Assembly: GCF_036365525.1 (NCBI RefSeq)
Contig: NC_090404.1
Span: 6,572,001 to 6,636,000 of the forward strand
Direction of reading: 5' to 3'
DNA from: Heterodontus francisci
Lineage: Eukaryota
DNA length: 64,000 bases
Numbering within the stretch: position 1 is the first letter of the stretch; every line of letters begins with the position of its first letter. Below are positions 11,115-24,083 of this stretch, in pieces. The notes under the pieces were generated by a model. The model ran no database searches. It worked only from the letters and a program-made list of their open reading frames with translations, and was not told the DNA's origin. Made by a program: the position numbers and the translations under genes.

Positions 11115-12125
11115 AAGATATGAACATGCAAATTGGGAGCAGGAGTAGGCCATTCGACCCCTTCGAGCCTGCTCCACCATCTAAGAAGATCATAGCTGAT
11201 CTGATTCCGGCCTAAGCTCCACTTTCCCGCCTACCCCGATACTTTTTGACTCCCTTATTTGTCAAACATTTATCTACTTCTGCCTTAAAAATATTCAATG
11301 ACCCTGCCTCCATGGCTTTCTGGGGAAGCCAGTTCCAAAGGCTCACAACCCTCTGAGAGAAAGAAAATCTCCTCATCTCCGTCTTAAATGGGCGACCACT
11401 TATTTTTAAACGGTGTCCCCTGGTTCTTGTCTCTTCCGCTAGACGAAACATCCTTTCAATATCCACCCTGTCAGTCCCCTCAGGATCTTATATGTTTCAA
11501 TAAGATCACCTCTCATTCTTCTAAACTCCAAAGGATACAGACCCAACCTGTCCAACCTTTCTTCATACCATAACCCACCTCCCCGCCTCCATCCCAGGCA
11601 TCAGTAGAGTGAACCTTCTCTGTACTGCCTTTAAACTTTTTATATCCTTTTTTAAATAAAGAGACTAAAACGGTACACAGTAGTCCAGATGTGGTCTCAC
11701 CAATACGCTATACAGCTGTACCAAAATATCTCTATTTTTATATTTGATTCCCTTTGCAATAAACACAACCTTCCACTTGCCTCCCTAATCACTTGCTGTA
11801 GCTGCGTATCAACATTTTCCGATGCATGTACCAGATCTCTCGGTACCTCAGAGTTTTGCAATCTATCTCTATTTGGACAATATGCTGCTTTTCTATTCTT
11901 TCCGCCAAAGTGGGTAAGTTCACATTTGCCAATTTTGTGCCCACTCACTTAACCTATCTATATCCCTTTGCAGACTCCTTATGTCCTCTTCACAACTTAC
12001 TTTCCTAGCTACCTTGTGTCATCAGCAAATTTAGCAACCACACATTCTGTCCCTTCAAACAAATCATTGATATATATTATACATAGTTGAGGCCCCCCCA
12101 GCACTGATCCCTGTGGCACTCTACT
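11115..12125 (-). mobile_element. CR1 LINE 3' fragment, degenerate
   Basis: ORF remnants TRGHRLKI...QRVV..WN and KCELTHFG; 3' end ggagcaggagtaggccattc. Confidence 0.85.
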
Positions 12126-12438
12126 AATGTTGAAACACTGCTCCCTTCGCCAGCGGTTCACATTTGAACCTGTCAGTTGTCTCATGATCAGCTTATTCCC
12201 CTCCTCTTTGTGGAGGGAATTGAGGGGACTCCCATCGCTTTGTGATAGTACCTCTCTAAAGGGACAGACCTGGTGCTGGGTGTTTGAATCCGGTAAAATC
12301 CTTTCCTTACCGAATGAATAGAGCCTGTGGAACTGTACCTCACAAAGGAATCAACACATTCAGGACAGTCTGAATAACCCTCTAATAGGGTGAATGGAGC
12401 CTGTGGCCCACAAAGAAGTAAGCAAAGGAGAGACATGT

Positions 12439-14183
12439 GTTTTTTCCCCCCCCAAAATATACTTTATTCATAAAAATCTGTTAAAATTACATTCCCAAAC
12501 AGTTTAAAATAGCATCAAGTCAAAAAATACAAACAGTGCAAAGGTGATCAGTTTCCTTCTGTACAATCATGAGTTGCCTCACAACCCTTCCATTTCATTG
12601 TCATGCCATATACATTTTTACATTTACAGCACACAAAATTTTCCCGATACAGTTCGAGGGGTTTCCCATGGATCCAGCCCCTCAGTTCAGCTTGGTGGGG
12701 GGACCTTACACCATTGAGCCTTTGCTGCGGCTGCCCCAAGCTTTAGTGCGTCCCTCAGCACGTAGTCCTGGACCTTGGAATGTACCAGTCTGCAACATTC
12801 GGTCGTGGACAACTCTTTGCGCTGGAAGACCAGCAGGTTTCGGGCAGACCAAAGGGCGTCTTTCACCGAATTGATAGTCTTCCAGCAGCAGTTGATGTTT
12901 GTCTCAGTGTGCGTCCCTGGGAACAGCCCGTAGAGCACAGACACCTGTGTTACCGAGCTGCTTGGGATGAACCTCGACAAAAACCACTGCATCTCTTTCC
13001 ACACCTGCTTTGCAAAGACACATTCCAGGAGGAGGTGGGCGACCGTCTCTTCCCCACCACAGCCACCGCGGGGACATTGTGTGGAGGGGGGGGGGGGGGG
13101 CGGGGGGAGACTTCGGGCATGCATGAAGGATCTGACGGGGAGGGCTCTTCTCACCACCAGCCAAGCTACATCTTGGTGCTTGTTTGAAAGTTCTGGTGAT
13201 GAGGCATTCCGCCAAATGACTTTGACGGTCTGCTCGGGGAACCATCCGACAGGATCCACCATCTCCTTTTCCCGTAGGGCCTTGAGGACATTCTGTGCAG
13301 ACCACTGCCTGATGGATCGGTGGTCAAAGGTGTTTACCCGCAGAAACTGCTCCATGAAGGATAGGTGGTATGGCACAGTCCAACTGCATGGAGCGTTCCA
13401 CGGCAATGTGACCAGGCCTATCCTTCACAACACCGGGGACAGATAGAACCTCAGCACGTACTGACACTTGGAGTTTGCATACTGGAGGTCTACACACAGC
13501 TTGATGCAGCCGCACACGAAGGTAGGGCCACGTTGGGTACATTTGTCCTGCCCTATCCAGAGATTTGAACATCTTGTCCCTCTGGACCCGGTCCATTTTA
13601 GATCCCAAGATGAACCGGAAAATGGCTCGGGTGACTGCCACAGCGCAGGAGTGGGGTATGGGCCAGACCTGCGCCACGTACAGCAACAACGTGAGGGCCT
13701 CGCACCTGATGACCAGGTTCTTACCCACAATGGAGAGAGATCGCTGCCCCCACATGCTCAACTTTTGTTGTACCTTGGCTACTCGCTCCTCCCAGGTTTT
13801 GGTGCATGCCCCGGCCCTTCCGAACCATATCCCCAGCACCTTCAGGTAGTCTGACCTGACGGTGAAGGGGACAAAGGATCGGTCAGCACAGGTCCCAAAG
13901 AACATGGCCTCGCTCTTGCCGTGGTTAACTTTGGCTTCCGAGGCCAGCTCGAACTGGTCACAGATGCTTATCAGTCTGCGCACGTACAGCGGATCCGAAC
14001 AGAAGACGGCGACGTCATCCATGTACCGGGAGATTTTAACCTGAGTGCCTCCGCTGCCTGGGATTGTCACCCCTCTTGTGCTCGCATCCTTCCTAATAGA
14101 CTCAGCAAAGGGTTCAATACAGCAAACAAACAAGACCGGGGAGAGAGGACAGCTCTGTCTGACTGCAGATTGGATCGGGAAAC
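12439..14183 (-). mobile_element. Tx1/L1-clade non-LTR retrotransposon, 5'-truncated
   Basis: RT motifs VRQSCPLSPVLF...YMDDV; C-terminal C-x-x-x-C...E-T-x-x-H-L-L-L-E-C zinc knuckle; AATAAA plus A-tail; 13-bp TSD AGGAGAGACATGT at 12426-12438 and 14184-14196. Confidence 0.9.
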
Positions 14184-14220
14184 AGGAGAGACATGTAGAT
14201 ATGTAGAGATTGTCTGAAAG

Positions 14221-14420
14221 GGATATTGCATTGGAGAGCTCAGTGTTTGTCTCACAGTGCCTCACTGCACAGTAAAACGCTCCAGTGTCTGATACCGCGG
14301 TGCTGTCATTACTGAGAATTTGGTAACTTCTCGTTGGGTCAATAAGCAGCCTGAAGCGCCCGTCAATCACCATATCCGTTTTGGTATTGTTTCCTCCTGA
14401 ATGTCTTACAACCGGAACTC
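14221..14420 (-). pseudogene. V6: 3'-half V relic with 23-RSS (heptamer 14253-14259, nonamer 14221-14229)
   Basis: DGRFRLLID...SDTGAFYCAVR then CACTGTG-23-GCAATATCC; no recognisable leader, first Cys or WYxQ upstream. Confidence 0.85.
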
Positions 14421-14479
14421 GGAAACAATATCGTTCACCAAACTGATGGAAACACTGCCGGGGGAAATTCTGATTTATT

Positions 14480-14495
14480 CCACCAGATGGCAGCA
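14480..14495 (+). promoter_or_regulatory. CTCF consensus motif
   Basis: CCACCAGATGGCAGCA matches the CTCF core consensus. Confidence 0.6.
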
Positions 14496-14899
14496 AACCT
14501 CCAGGGATCAGCCTGCAGCACCTGTCTGGAAACGTTGAACTCCGCCAGCGTTATACAGGTCACACACACAAAGCTAAGGGTCCTGGAGATAACTTCACCC
14601 ATTGGCTGCTCCGGGACTTGTCTATCAGAAACTCCGTAGTTTCAAATCTTATTGTCCCCTGGAATCGACTCGGGTTAAGTTGGTGAGTTCACCTGTCCTC
14701 AGGAAAGGGGATTCTCCAGCCTGAGCCGGCCACACTTGATGGTCTTTATGGAATGCAGATTCCGCGCTTCTACAAATTGTAACATTCATTCATTGCCAAT
14801 ACCTTAACAATCAGGTTCTAGATGATTTGGTGAGAAATGTGAAATCCATTCGCACCTGAAGAAGTATATTTTGCCACTTGTATTTCAGCCTTGTTAACT

Positions 14900-15460
14900 G
14901 GGCTCAGTTATTAATGCATTACAGGTGAATTCTGTGTATTTTACACTAGGCCCTGTCTCAGTTATTATTGCACTATAATATGTCTCTTTACATTATACCA
15001 GGCTCTGCCTCACAAATGATTGCACTAGACCATGTCTCTGTTCATATTATAAGAGACGCTGTCTCTTTTATTAATGCATTCGTTCCGTATCTCCTTGTTT
15101 ATATTACATGCGGCCCTGTATCAGCTATTACAGCAGGAGAATACGCCTCTCTTTATATGACTCTAGCCCTGTCTCCGTTATTACTACACTAGACGATGTC
15201 TGAGTTTCTATTACACTATATACTGTCTCTTGTATTAATGCATTCGCCTATGTCTCTTTGTTTATATTGCACGATGCCCTGTATCAATTATCACTGCACT
15301 AGAGCATGCCTCTGTTTAAGCTACATTAAGTACTATCCTTGTTTTTACTGGTCTGGGTCATGCCTCTGTTTATATGACATTGGACCTTTCAATTTTTATA
15401 TCGCTGTAGGCATTATCTCAGTTACTGTTCCACTAGATAATGCCTCTGTTTCTATTCCGC
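14900..15460. repeat. Degenerate minisatellite (about 25-28 bp subunits, about 53 bp dimer)
   Basis: Repeating TGCACTAGACCATGTCTCTGTTTATATTACACTAGGCCCTGTCTCAGTTATTA-like units; same family at 55060-55575 and 61595-61725. Confidence 0.85.
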
Positions 15461-16004
15461 TGTCCCACCATAATTTTCAATTCCTATGCAGTGAGACCGA
15501 GAGTTTAAATGTACAGAGTCCGTTACCAACCTGACTTCAGCTCGCTGACGCTGACTTCCCCTAATACAGCAGAGGCAAGTCCAAAGCCCCTCAGTAACCA
15601 AGTAACAGCTTTCTGCGTCCCAGGCCCCGCTCCCAAGCCCCAGGTCTGGAAGAGATTGGGAAGTTATCTGTGTCCAGAATGATGGTGGTGGTGTTAGTGA
15701 CTAGGAGGGTAGTGGCTTCTGCGATGTGACAGTCTCCCGAATGGTTCCTTCCTGAGCCTGTGTGAGGTGTCTGCCGCAATGATCTGAGTCTACGGGCTGC
15801 TCCGTGGGAATCACCTTTTAACCACTGAGTATCGACTGTCACTGAGCTGATCCAGAGAGGGAAGCTGCACTCACCTGCACAGGGATATTGATCACAACGT
15901 CCTTTTAGTTAATCACATTCTCCCACTTAATATATATAATTGCTTTATTTTACCTGCGGTTTGTTTTTTCTGTTACTTATCTGTTTGTTCAACGTCTCGT
16001 TCCC

Positions 16005-16333
16005 GTGCCTTTGGACTGTGGGTGGGAGCTCCTGTCTGTTGGGAGTTGTGTAGAATCGCTGGCAGAGGTGGCCACAATGTGCAGCGAGCTGTCAGAAACC
16101 AAATTCATCTCGGACTAAACTCACCCAACTGTTTCCAGGAGCGGTCGAGAAAACAAACTGGAGAATTCAATCGGACGGACACATCCGTCACTGAACCAGT
16201 CTATCGATTAAACCGTCCTTGCTTCTCATCAACTGTTTATTCCATTAAAATCATGGATCGATGTTCAGACCAGCTCCGAGACAGAGGTTGCTGACACTCA
16301 AACGTCCCTCAAACATGCATAGGCACGTCACGC
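16005..16333 (+). repeat. Orphan post-RSS 'trailer' module of the V9 lineage, forming the left arm of a local inverted repeat
   Basis: Starts TGCCTTTGGACTGTGGGTGGGAGCTCC as at 26691; reverse complement of 16905-17150 plus 17595-17690. Confidence 0.85.
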
Positions 16334-16715
16334 ACCTGTTCTGCGTGTTTCTCCCTATTTCCCCCATTCCCTTTACAGTTCCTAAATTTCCACACATTTC
16401 CCTGTCCCTTGACGACGCGATACTTTCTGCATTCTGTATGTGTATCACCAAGCTTCAGTCCGACTGTGTCAAATCAGCTCTCCCATTATTTATTCGTATT
16501 ACACAGATGAGTGCCTGTCCTTTTCCCGAACTGAACGGTACCGGGGCCATTCTAATGGAGGAACACTCAGCACAACCCTAATGAAAGTGTTCAGTTTCTG
16601 TTCCTGCATCGATCTCCCTCTGCTGATGTCTCTGTATCTGCACATTTATCTCTTCCACCTGTTGCTGTCTCACTGCATCACTAAACTCAGTCTCACCTTT
16701 AACTATCTCCCTCTT

Positions 16716-16917
16716 TGTGACGTCAGACTGCAGGCTTGTGACGTCATGCCGCAGTCGGTGTGACGTCAAACGGCAGTCTGTGTGATGTCAGGCTGCAGTT
16801 GGCGTGACGTCAGCCTGCGGTCTGTGTGATGTCATTCTGCAGTCTGTGATGTCAGGCTTCAGTCACTGAGGTCAGGCTGCAGTCGGTGTGACGTCAGGCC
16901 GCACTCTGTGTGACGTG
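16716..16917. repeat. Tandem array of about 20-22 bp units carrying CRE/ATF-like motifs
   Basis: 10 units of TGTGA(C/T)GTCA-N10-12; five perfect TGACGTCA, three TGATGTCA. Confidence 0.88.
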
Positions 16918-17159
16918 CCTATGCAAGTTTGAGGGATGTTTGAGTGTCAGCAACCTCTATCTCGGAGCTGGTCGGAACATCGATCCATGATTTTAATGGA
17001 ATAAACAGCTGATCAGAAGCAAGGACGGTTAACCCGTAGACTGATTCAGTGATGGATTTGTCCGTCCGATTGGATTCTCCAGTTTGTTTTCTCTGCCGCT
17101 CCTGGAAACAGTTGGGTGACAGTTTGATCTGAGGTTAATTTGGTTTCCTCTCAATTCTT

Positions 17160-17592
17160 TTTGAACATAGGAAGATAGGAACAGGAGTAGGCCATTCAGC
17201 CCCTCGAGCCTGTCCCGCCATTCAATGAAATCATGGCTGATTTGCGCCTAACTCCATATACCTGCCTTTGGCCCACATCCCTTAATATCTTTGCTTAACA
17301 AAAATCTATCTATCTCAGATTTAAAATTAACAACTGTTCTAGCTTCAACTGCAGTTTGTGGGAGACAGTTCCAAACCTCTACCACCCTTTGCGTGAAGAA
17401 GTGCTTCCTAACATCTCTCCTGAACGGTCTCGTCCTAATTTTTAGACTATGCTCCCTAGTTTTTAGAATCTCCAACCAGTGGAAATAGTTTATCTTTATC
17501 TCGCCTGTCTTTTCCTGTTAATATCTTGAAAACTTCAATCAGATCACCCCTTAACTTACTAAATTCTAGCGAAAACAGGCCTAATTTGTGTA
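17160..17592 (-). mobile_element. CR1 LINE 3' fragment (same subfamily as 2982-6691)
   Basis: Nearly identical to 2984-3390; inserted into the post-RSS trailer of V7. Confidence 0.9.
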
Positions 17593-17689
17593 ATGAGCGC
17601 CTGACAGCGCGCTGCACACTGTGGCTGCATCTGCCCGCGATTCTACACAACCCCCAACAGACTGGAGCTCCCACCCACAGTCCAAAGGC

Positions 17690-18180
17690 AGTTTCTGTAC
17701 AGGGCTGAGACTGTTTCCCAACACTGTGAGTCCCGCAGAGAGCGCAGTAATACACGGCAGAGTTAATAATCTGCAATTCAATAATGGTTCAACTTGCGAA
17801 GGAGTCTGAGGGTGTGAGTTCTGAAGAGAAACGGATTCATAACCCTGCTGCTTTCCATTCCCCTGTATCCCAGGACCGTCTCCACACAATAAACTGGGGC
17901 CCCTTCTCTAGTTGCTGCCGATACCAATATAAATAATACCTGTCTTCAGCGGTGCTATAGGTGCATCTTATTGTCACCGCTTCACCTTCTCTGCCGCTCA
18001 CTGAAGACTGGAGCTGAATAATAGAACCTCCATCACGCTGAACATGTGTACAGGAAGAAGATCGAGTATTCAAGGCTTCAGTGAAAAACTATGAACATTT
18101 TAATTTGAACACGCACGGTTGGAGTCATGCTTAAAGACAGCAAACAGCCCAAACACAACCTAGGCGCTGAATATCCGCAT
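17690..18180 (-). pseudogene. V7: TCR (delta-like) V pseudogene with 23-RSS (17690-17728)
   Basis: Leader MRIFSA*VVFG...; exon GEAVTIRC...WYRQQLEKGPQFIVWRRSWDTGE...L*IRFSSEL...S*TII...SAVYYCALCG (in-frame stops); CACAGTG-23-ACAGAAACT. Confidence 0.9.
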
Positions 18181-19319
18181 GGCTGCTGTCGAGCCCGAAC
18201 ATGTCGATCCCTTTAAAATCCTAAATCCCACCGGAACAGACCCGGTCAGATGCTGCTATTGGTTCATCGCCACTTCCTGGTCTCACTGTTCCCTCGCAAT
18301 CTCCAGTCAACCCGCCAGATATTCAAATTAGATTAAAATGAGGGCCCTGTGTCACCTGCAATCCCTTGATCCACAGCAAAAAGTAACTGCCGAGTCACTC
18401 TTTCAGTGAGCACAGTCGATGGTGTGAGGTCAATTGCAGTCTTGTTGAGCTTTGGAAATTTGTTCCATGCACCCGAATCGGTCATTTTACTGACTGTTTG
18501 TTTATTTCTTCCCGTGTAAGACGGCTGTCCAAAGGGTGAAAAAAGCTTCATTCCCATGTACATTTCATGTTTACGCTTTGTGTGGTAGATTTCCATCGAT
18601 CACTACATCTGGAGAATTACCGATCGCAATTTAAAATAACTAACACAGAGAGACCTGGGGAAATCTTTCCCTCGTGTGGCCTCAGCAGAAGATTAATCAA
18701 ACCCGATATCCCCATCAATCAGTTCAGTCTGGTTAGTGACGGGAAGTGAAATAAACGGAACATCTTCATCTACATTCAACACCCGTCTTTGTAACTTTGA
18801 GATTATATCTTACCGCCATCATCGGATTGTGTTGATAATTTCTTGTTGGGGAACCTAAGGCCCCTTTCCCAAATATCTGCTGAAACCGGTTAGAATAATG
18901 TCTGCCTGAAACTAATAGGTGGCGCCATTCCACTGTGCTGAAAGTAATCTCATGGGGAGGGAAATGGTGACGATGTGTCTCTGAGTATACCTTTCGTTCT
19001 ATAGTCTAATATTTAATATTTGAGGGGAAGACAATTGCAGGGATCTGGACAATGGACTGGGACTTATTTTACTGCCCTTTTTAGTTGCCGGCACAGGAAC
19101 CATGGGGCGAATTGTCTCATTCTGCGCTGTAAGATTCGACGATTTTAGATGCGAAGCGATGCCAGTGATTGCTGTCTCTCAGTTTTTCACAGTGACTTGG
19201 AGCTTCTTTAGCAGAAACCGCCCGGCTTCTGCCTTATGGAACTGACCGAGGAACTCAACCTGCCCGATTGATTCGCGCTGCAGGACAGTTTCCAGAGTGT
19301 CACAGAATCAATCTCTTGT

Positions 19320-19470
19320 GAGCCCTTCACACAAGGGGCTGCCTCCTGGGTCCATCTCAGTGGGTGTGCCAGCTCACACAAGGAGCTGCCTCCTGGGTCC
19401 ATCTCAGTGTGTGTCAGCTCACACAGGGAGCTACCTCCTGGGTCTAGCTCGGTGTTTGTGAGCTCACAGC
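19320..19470. repeat. Minisatellite, about 45-47 bp x 3
   Basis: Repeated CTCACACAAGGAGCTGCCTCCTGGGTCCATCTCAGTG. Confidence 0.85.
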
Positions 19471-19624
19471 AGCATCACTCGGCACTGTGTCAGCATCTGA
19501 CCGCCGTTATATCTGGCTTCAACAGGCGGAACAGAGGCATCCAGAGAGACGGCAGTTTCTCTACGAGGGTTTAACTGGTTACCATCACTGTGAGCCTCAG
19601 GGAGCAGTAATAATGACTGTATTG

Positions 19625-21505
19625 GTAGGAGTGACCACCGCACAGTCCTTGTGGAGACGAAGTTCCACCTTCACATTGAGGATACCTTCCATCGTGTTGT
19701 GTGGCACTACCACTGTGCTAAATACAATAGATTTCGAACAGATCTAGCAATGCAAAACTGGGCATCCATGAGGCGCTGTGGGCCATCAGCAGCAGCAGAA
19801 TTGTACTCAACCACAATCTGTAACCTCATGGCCCGGCATATCCCCCACTCTACCATTACCATCAAGCCAGGAGGCCAACCCGGGTTCAATGAAGAGTGCA
19901 GGAGGGCAGCATGACAGGAGCAGCACCAGGCATACCTCAAAATGAAGTGTCAACCTGGCGAAGTTACAACCCAGGACTACTTGCAAACTGCATAAGCAGC
20001 ATTCAATAGACAGAACTAAGCGATCCCATAACCAACGGATCAGATCATCGCTCTGCAGTCCTGCCACATCCAGTCGTGAATGGTGGTGGACAATTAAACA
20101 ACTAACTGGAGGAGGTGGCTCCACAAATATCTCCATCCTCAATGATGGGAGAGCCCAGCATATCGGTGCGAGAGGTAAGGCTGAAGCATTTGAAACAATC
20201 TTCACCCAGAAGTGCCGAGTTGATGATCCATCTCAGCCTCCTCCTGAAGTCCCCAGCATTACAGATGCCAAACTTCAACCAATTCGATTCACTCCGCGTG
20301 ATATTAAGAAACGACTGAAGGCACTGAATATTGCAAAGGCTATGGGTCCTGACAATAGTACTGAAGACCTGTGCTCCAGAACTTGGCACACCCCTAGCCA
20401 AGCTGTTCCAGTATAGCTACAACACTGGCATCTACCCGGCAATGTGAAAAATTGCCCAGAATTGTCCTGCACACAAAAAGCAGGACAGGTCCAACCCGGC
20501 CAATTACCGCCCCATCAATCTACTCTCAATCATCAGTAAAGCGATGGAAGGTGTCATCATCAGTGCCATCAAACAGCACTTGCTTAGCAATAACCTGCTT
20601 GGTGAGACTCAGTTTGGGTTCCGCCAGGGCCACTCAGCTCCTGACCCCATCACAGCCTTTGTTCAAACATGGAAAAAAGAGTTGAACTCAAGAGGTGAGG
20701 AGAGAGTGACTGCCCTTGACATCAAGGCAACATTTGACCGAGTGTGGCATCAAGGAGCCCTAGCAAAACTGGAGTCAACTGCAAAACTCTCCACTGGTTG
20801 GAGTCATACCTAGCGCAAAGGAAGATTGCTGTGGTAGTTGGAGGTCAATCATCTGAGCTCCAGGACATCACTGAAGGAGTTCCTCAGGGTAGTGTCCTAG
20901 GCCCAACCATCTTCAGCTGCTTCATCAATGACCTTCCTTCAATCATAAGGTCAGAAGTGGGGATGTTCGCTGATCATTGCACAATGTTCAGCACCATTCG
21001 TGACTCCTCAGATACTGAAGCAGTCTGTGTAGAAATGCAGCAAGACCTGGACAATATCCAGGCTTGGGCTGATAAGTAGCAATTAACATTTGCACCACCC
21101 AAGTGCCAGGCAATGACCATCCCCAACAATAGAGAATCTAACCATCTCCCCTTGACATTCAATGGCATTACCATCGCTGAAACCCTCACTATCAACATCT
21201 TGGGGGCTGCCACTGACCAGAAACTGAACTGGAGTAGTCATATAAATACCGTGGCTACAAGAGCAGGTCAGAGGCTAGCAGTCCTGCGGTGAGTAACTCA
21301 CCTACTGTCTCCCCAAAGCCTGTCCACCATCCACAAGGCACAAGTCAGGAGTGTGATGGAATACTCTCCACTTGTCTGGATGGTTGCAGCTCCAACAACA
21401 CTCAAGAAGCTCGACACCATCCAGAACAAAGCAGCCCGCTTGATTGGCACACCATCCACAAACATTCACTCCCTCCACCACCGACGCACAGTGGCAGCAG
21501 TGAGT
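19625..21505 (+). mobile_element. LINE (CR1/L2-group, second family) ORF2 remnant, frameshifted
   Basis: QFGFRQGHSAPD...ALDIKATFDRVWH, GVPQGSVLGPTIF...FADH; same family inverted at 29455-31820 and 55590-56935. Confidence 0.88.
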
Positions 21506-21779
21506 ACCTTTCTGGAATGAAAACTGAATGGGAAGAACAGCCTCCCTCTTTCTCAAGTACCTTGTGATCTTGCGATTGATCAGCTGCAAAGGCTGGATAC
21601 GGTGGTGCCACTCCCTCTGGTGGTGGTATGTGGTAAATGACCATGTGCCCGGTAAATCATTTAATTCTCAAATAATTAGTGGTTGTTGCTGCATGCTTAT
21701 CTCACATTCTTTGCGTTATCCTTCGCCATATTGATATAACTATTATTATTATACACTTTAATGCAGATAAGCACGTCAA

Positions 21780-24083
21780 AGTTTCAGTGGGGTAGCATTT
21801 TGGGAACAGTGACCATAATTCCATAGGTTTTAGGTACTTGTGCATAAGGATAAGAGTAGTCCTCGGGTGAAGGTGCTAAATTGGGGGAAGGCTAATTATA
21901 ACAATATTAGGCAGGATCTGAAGAATTTAGATTGGGGGCGGCTGTTTGAGGGTAAATCAACATCTGACATGTGGGAGTCTTTCAAACGTCAGCTGATTAG
22001 AATCCAGGACCAACATGTTCCTGTGAGGATGAAAGACAAGTTTGGCAAGTTTCGGGAAGCTTGGATAACACGGGATATTGTGAGTCTAGTCAAAAAGAAA
22101 AAGGAAGCATTTGTAAGGGCTGGAAGGCTAGGAACAGACGAAGCACTTGAGGAATATAAAGACAGTAGGAAGGAACGTAAGCAAGGAGTTAGGAGGGATA
22201 AAAGGGGTCATGAAAAGTCATTGGCAAACAGGATTAAGGAAAATCCCAAGGCTTTTTATACATATATAAAGAGCAAGAGGGTAACCAGGGAAAGGGTTGG
22301 CCCACTCAAGGACAGAGATGGGAATCTATGTGTGGAGCCAGAGGAAATGGGCGATGCGCTAAATGAGTACTTTGCATCAATATTCACCAAAGAGAAGGAC
22401 TTGGTGGATGATGAGCCTAGGGAAGGGAGTGCAGATAGTCTCAGTCATCTCATTATCAATAAGGAGGAGGTGTTCGGTGTCTTGCAAAGCATTAAGGTAG
22501 ATACGTCCCCAGGGCCTGATGGTATCTACCCTAGAATACTGAGCGAGGTAAGGGAAGAAATTGCTGGGGCCTTGACAGAAATCTTTGCATCCTCATTGGC
22601 TACAGGTGAGGTCCCAGAGGACTGGAGAATAGCCAATGTTGTCCTTTTTTCAGAAGGGTGGCAAGGACAATCCAGGAAATTATAGGCCGGTGAGCCTTAC
22701 GTCAGTGGTAGGGAAACTATTAGAGAGGATTATTCGGGACAGGATTTACTCCCATTTGGAAACAAACGAACTTATTAGCGAGAGACAGCAGCATGGTTTT
22801 GTGAAGGGGAGGTTGTGTCTTACTAATTTGATTGAGTTTTTTGAGGAAGTGACGAAGATGATTGATGAAGAAAGGGCAGTGGATGTTATCTATATGGACT
22901 TTAGTAAAGCCTTTGACAAGGTCCCGCATGGCAGACTGGTGCAAAAGGTGAAGTCACAAGGGATCAGAGGTGAGCTGGCAAGATGGATACAGAACTGGCT
23001 CGGTCAGAGAAGACAGAGGGTATCAGTGGATGGGTGTTTTTCTCAATGGAGGGATGTGACTAGTGGTGTTCCGCAGGGATCAGTGCTGGGACCTTTGCTA
23101 TTTGTAGTATATATAAATGATTTGGAGGAAAATGTAGCTGGTCTGATTAGTAAGTTTGCGGACGACACAAAGGTTGGTGGAGTTGCGCATAGTGATGAGG
23201 ATTGTCAGAGGATACAGCAGGATATAGATCGGTTGGAGACATGGGCAGAGAAATGGCAGATGGAGTTTAATCCGTACAAATGTGAGGTAATGCATTTTGG
23301 AACGTCTAATGCAGGTGGGAGGTATACAGTAAATGGCAGAACCCTTAGGAGTATTGACAGGCAGAGAGATCTGGGCGGACAGGTCCACAGGTCACTGAAA
23401 GTGGCAACGCAGGTGGATAAGGTAGTCAAGAAGGCATACAGCATGCTTGCCTTCATTGGTCGAGGCATAGAGTATAAAAATTGGCAAGTCATGTTGCAGC
23501 TGTACAGAACCTTAGTTAGGCCACACTTGGTATATTGCGTGCAATTCTGGTCGCCACACTACCAGAAGGACGTGGAGGCTTTGGAGAGGGTACAGAGGAG
23601 GTTTACCAGGATGTTGCCTGATCTGGAGGGCATTAGCTATGAGGAGAGGTTGGAAAAACTCGGATTGTTTTCACTGGAACGACGGAAGTGGAGGGGCGAC
23701 ATGATAGAGGTTTACAAAGTTATGAGCGGCATGGACAGAGTAGATAGTCAGAAGCTTTTTACCAGGGTGGAAGAGTCAGTTACCAGGGGACATAGGTTTA
23801 AGGTGCGAGGAGCAAAGTTTAGAGGGGATGTGCGAGGCAAGCTTTTTACACAGAGGGTGGTGAGTGCCTGGAACGTGCTGCCAGGGGAGGTGGTGGAAGC
23901 AGGTACAATAGCGACGTTTAAGAGACATCTTGACAAATACATGAATAGGAAGGGAATAGAGGGATACGGGCCCCGGAAGTGCAGAAGGTGTTAGTTTAGG
24001 CAGGCATCAAGATCGGCGCAGGCTTGGAGGGGCGAATGGCCTGTTCCTGTGCTGTACTGTTCTTTGTTCTTTGTTCTTTGTTC
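21780..24083 (+). mobile_element. Young CR1 LINE, 5'-truncated, near-intact RT, (GTTCTTT)n tail
   Basis: ORFs 21840-22685 and 22636-23994 separated by one frameshift; RT motifs QHGF, DFSKAFD, GVPQGSVLGP, FADD. Confidence 0.95.

Noticed and set aside
16716-16917. Regularly spaced palindromic repeats resembling a CRISPR array
   Set aside because: Units are only about 22 bp, the 'spacers' are related to each other, the context is vertebrate and there are no cas genes. It is a minisatellite.
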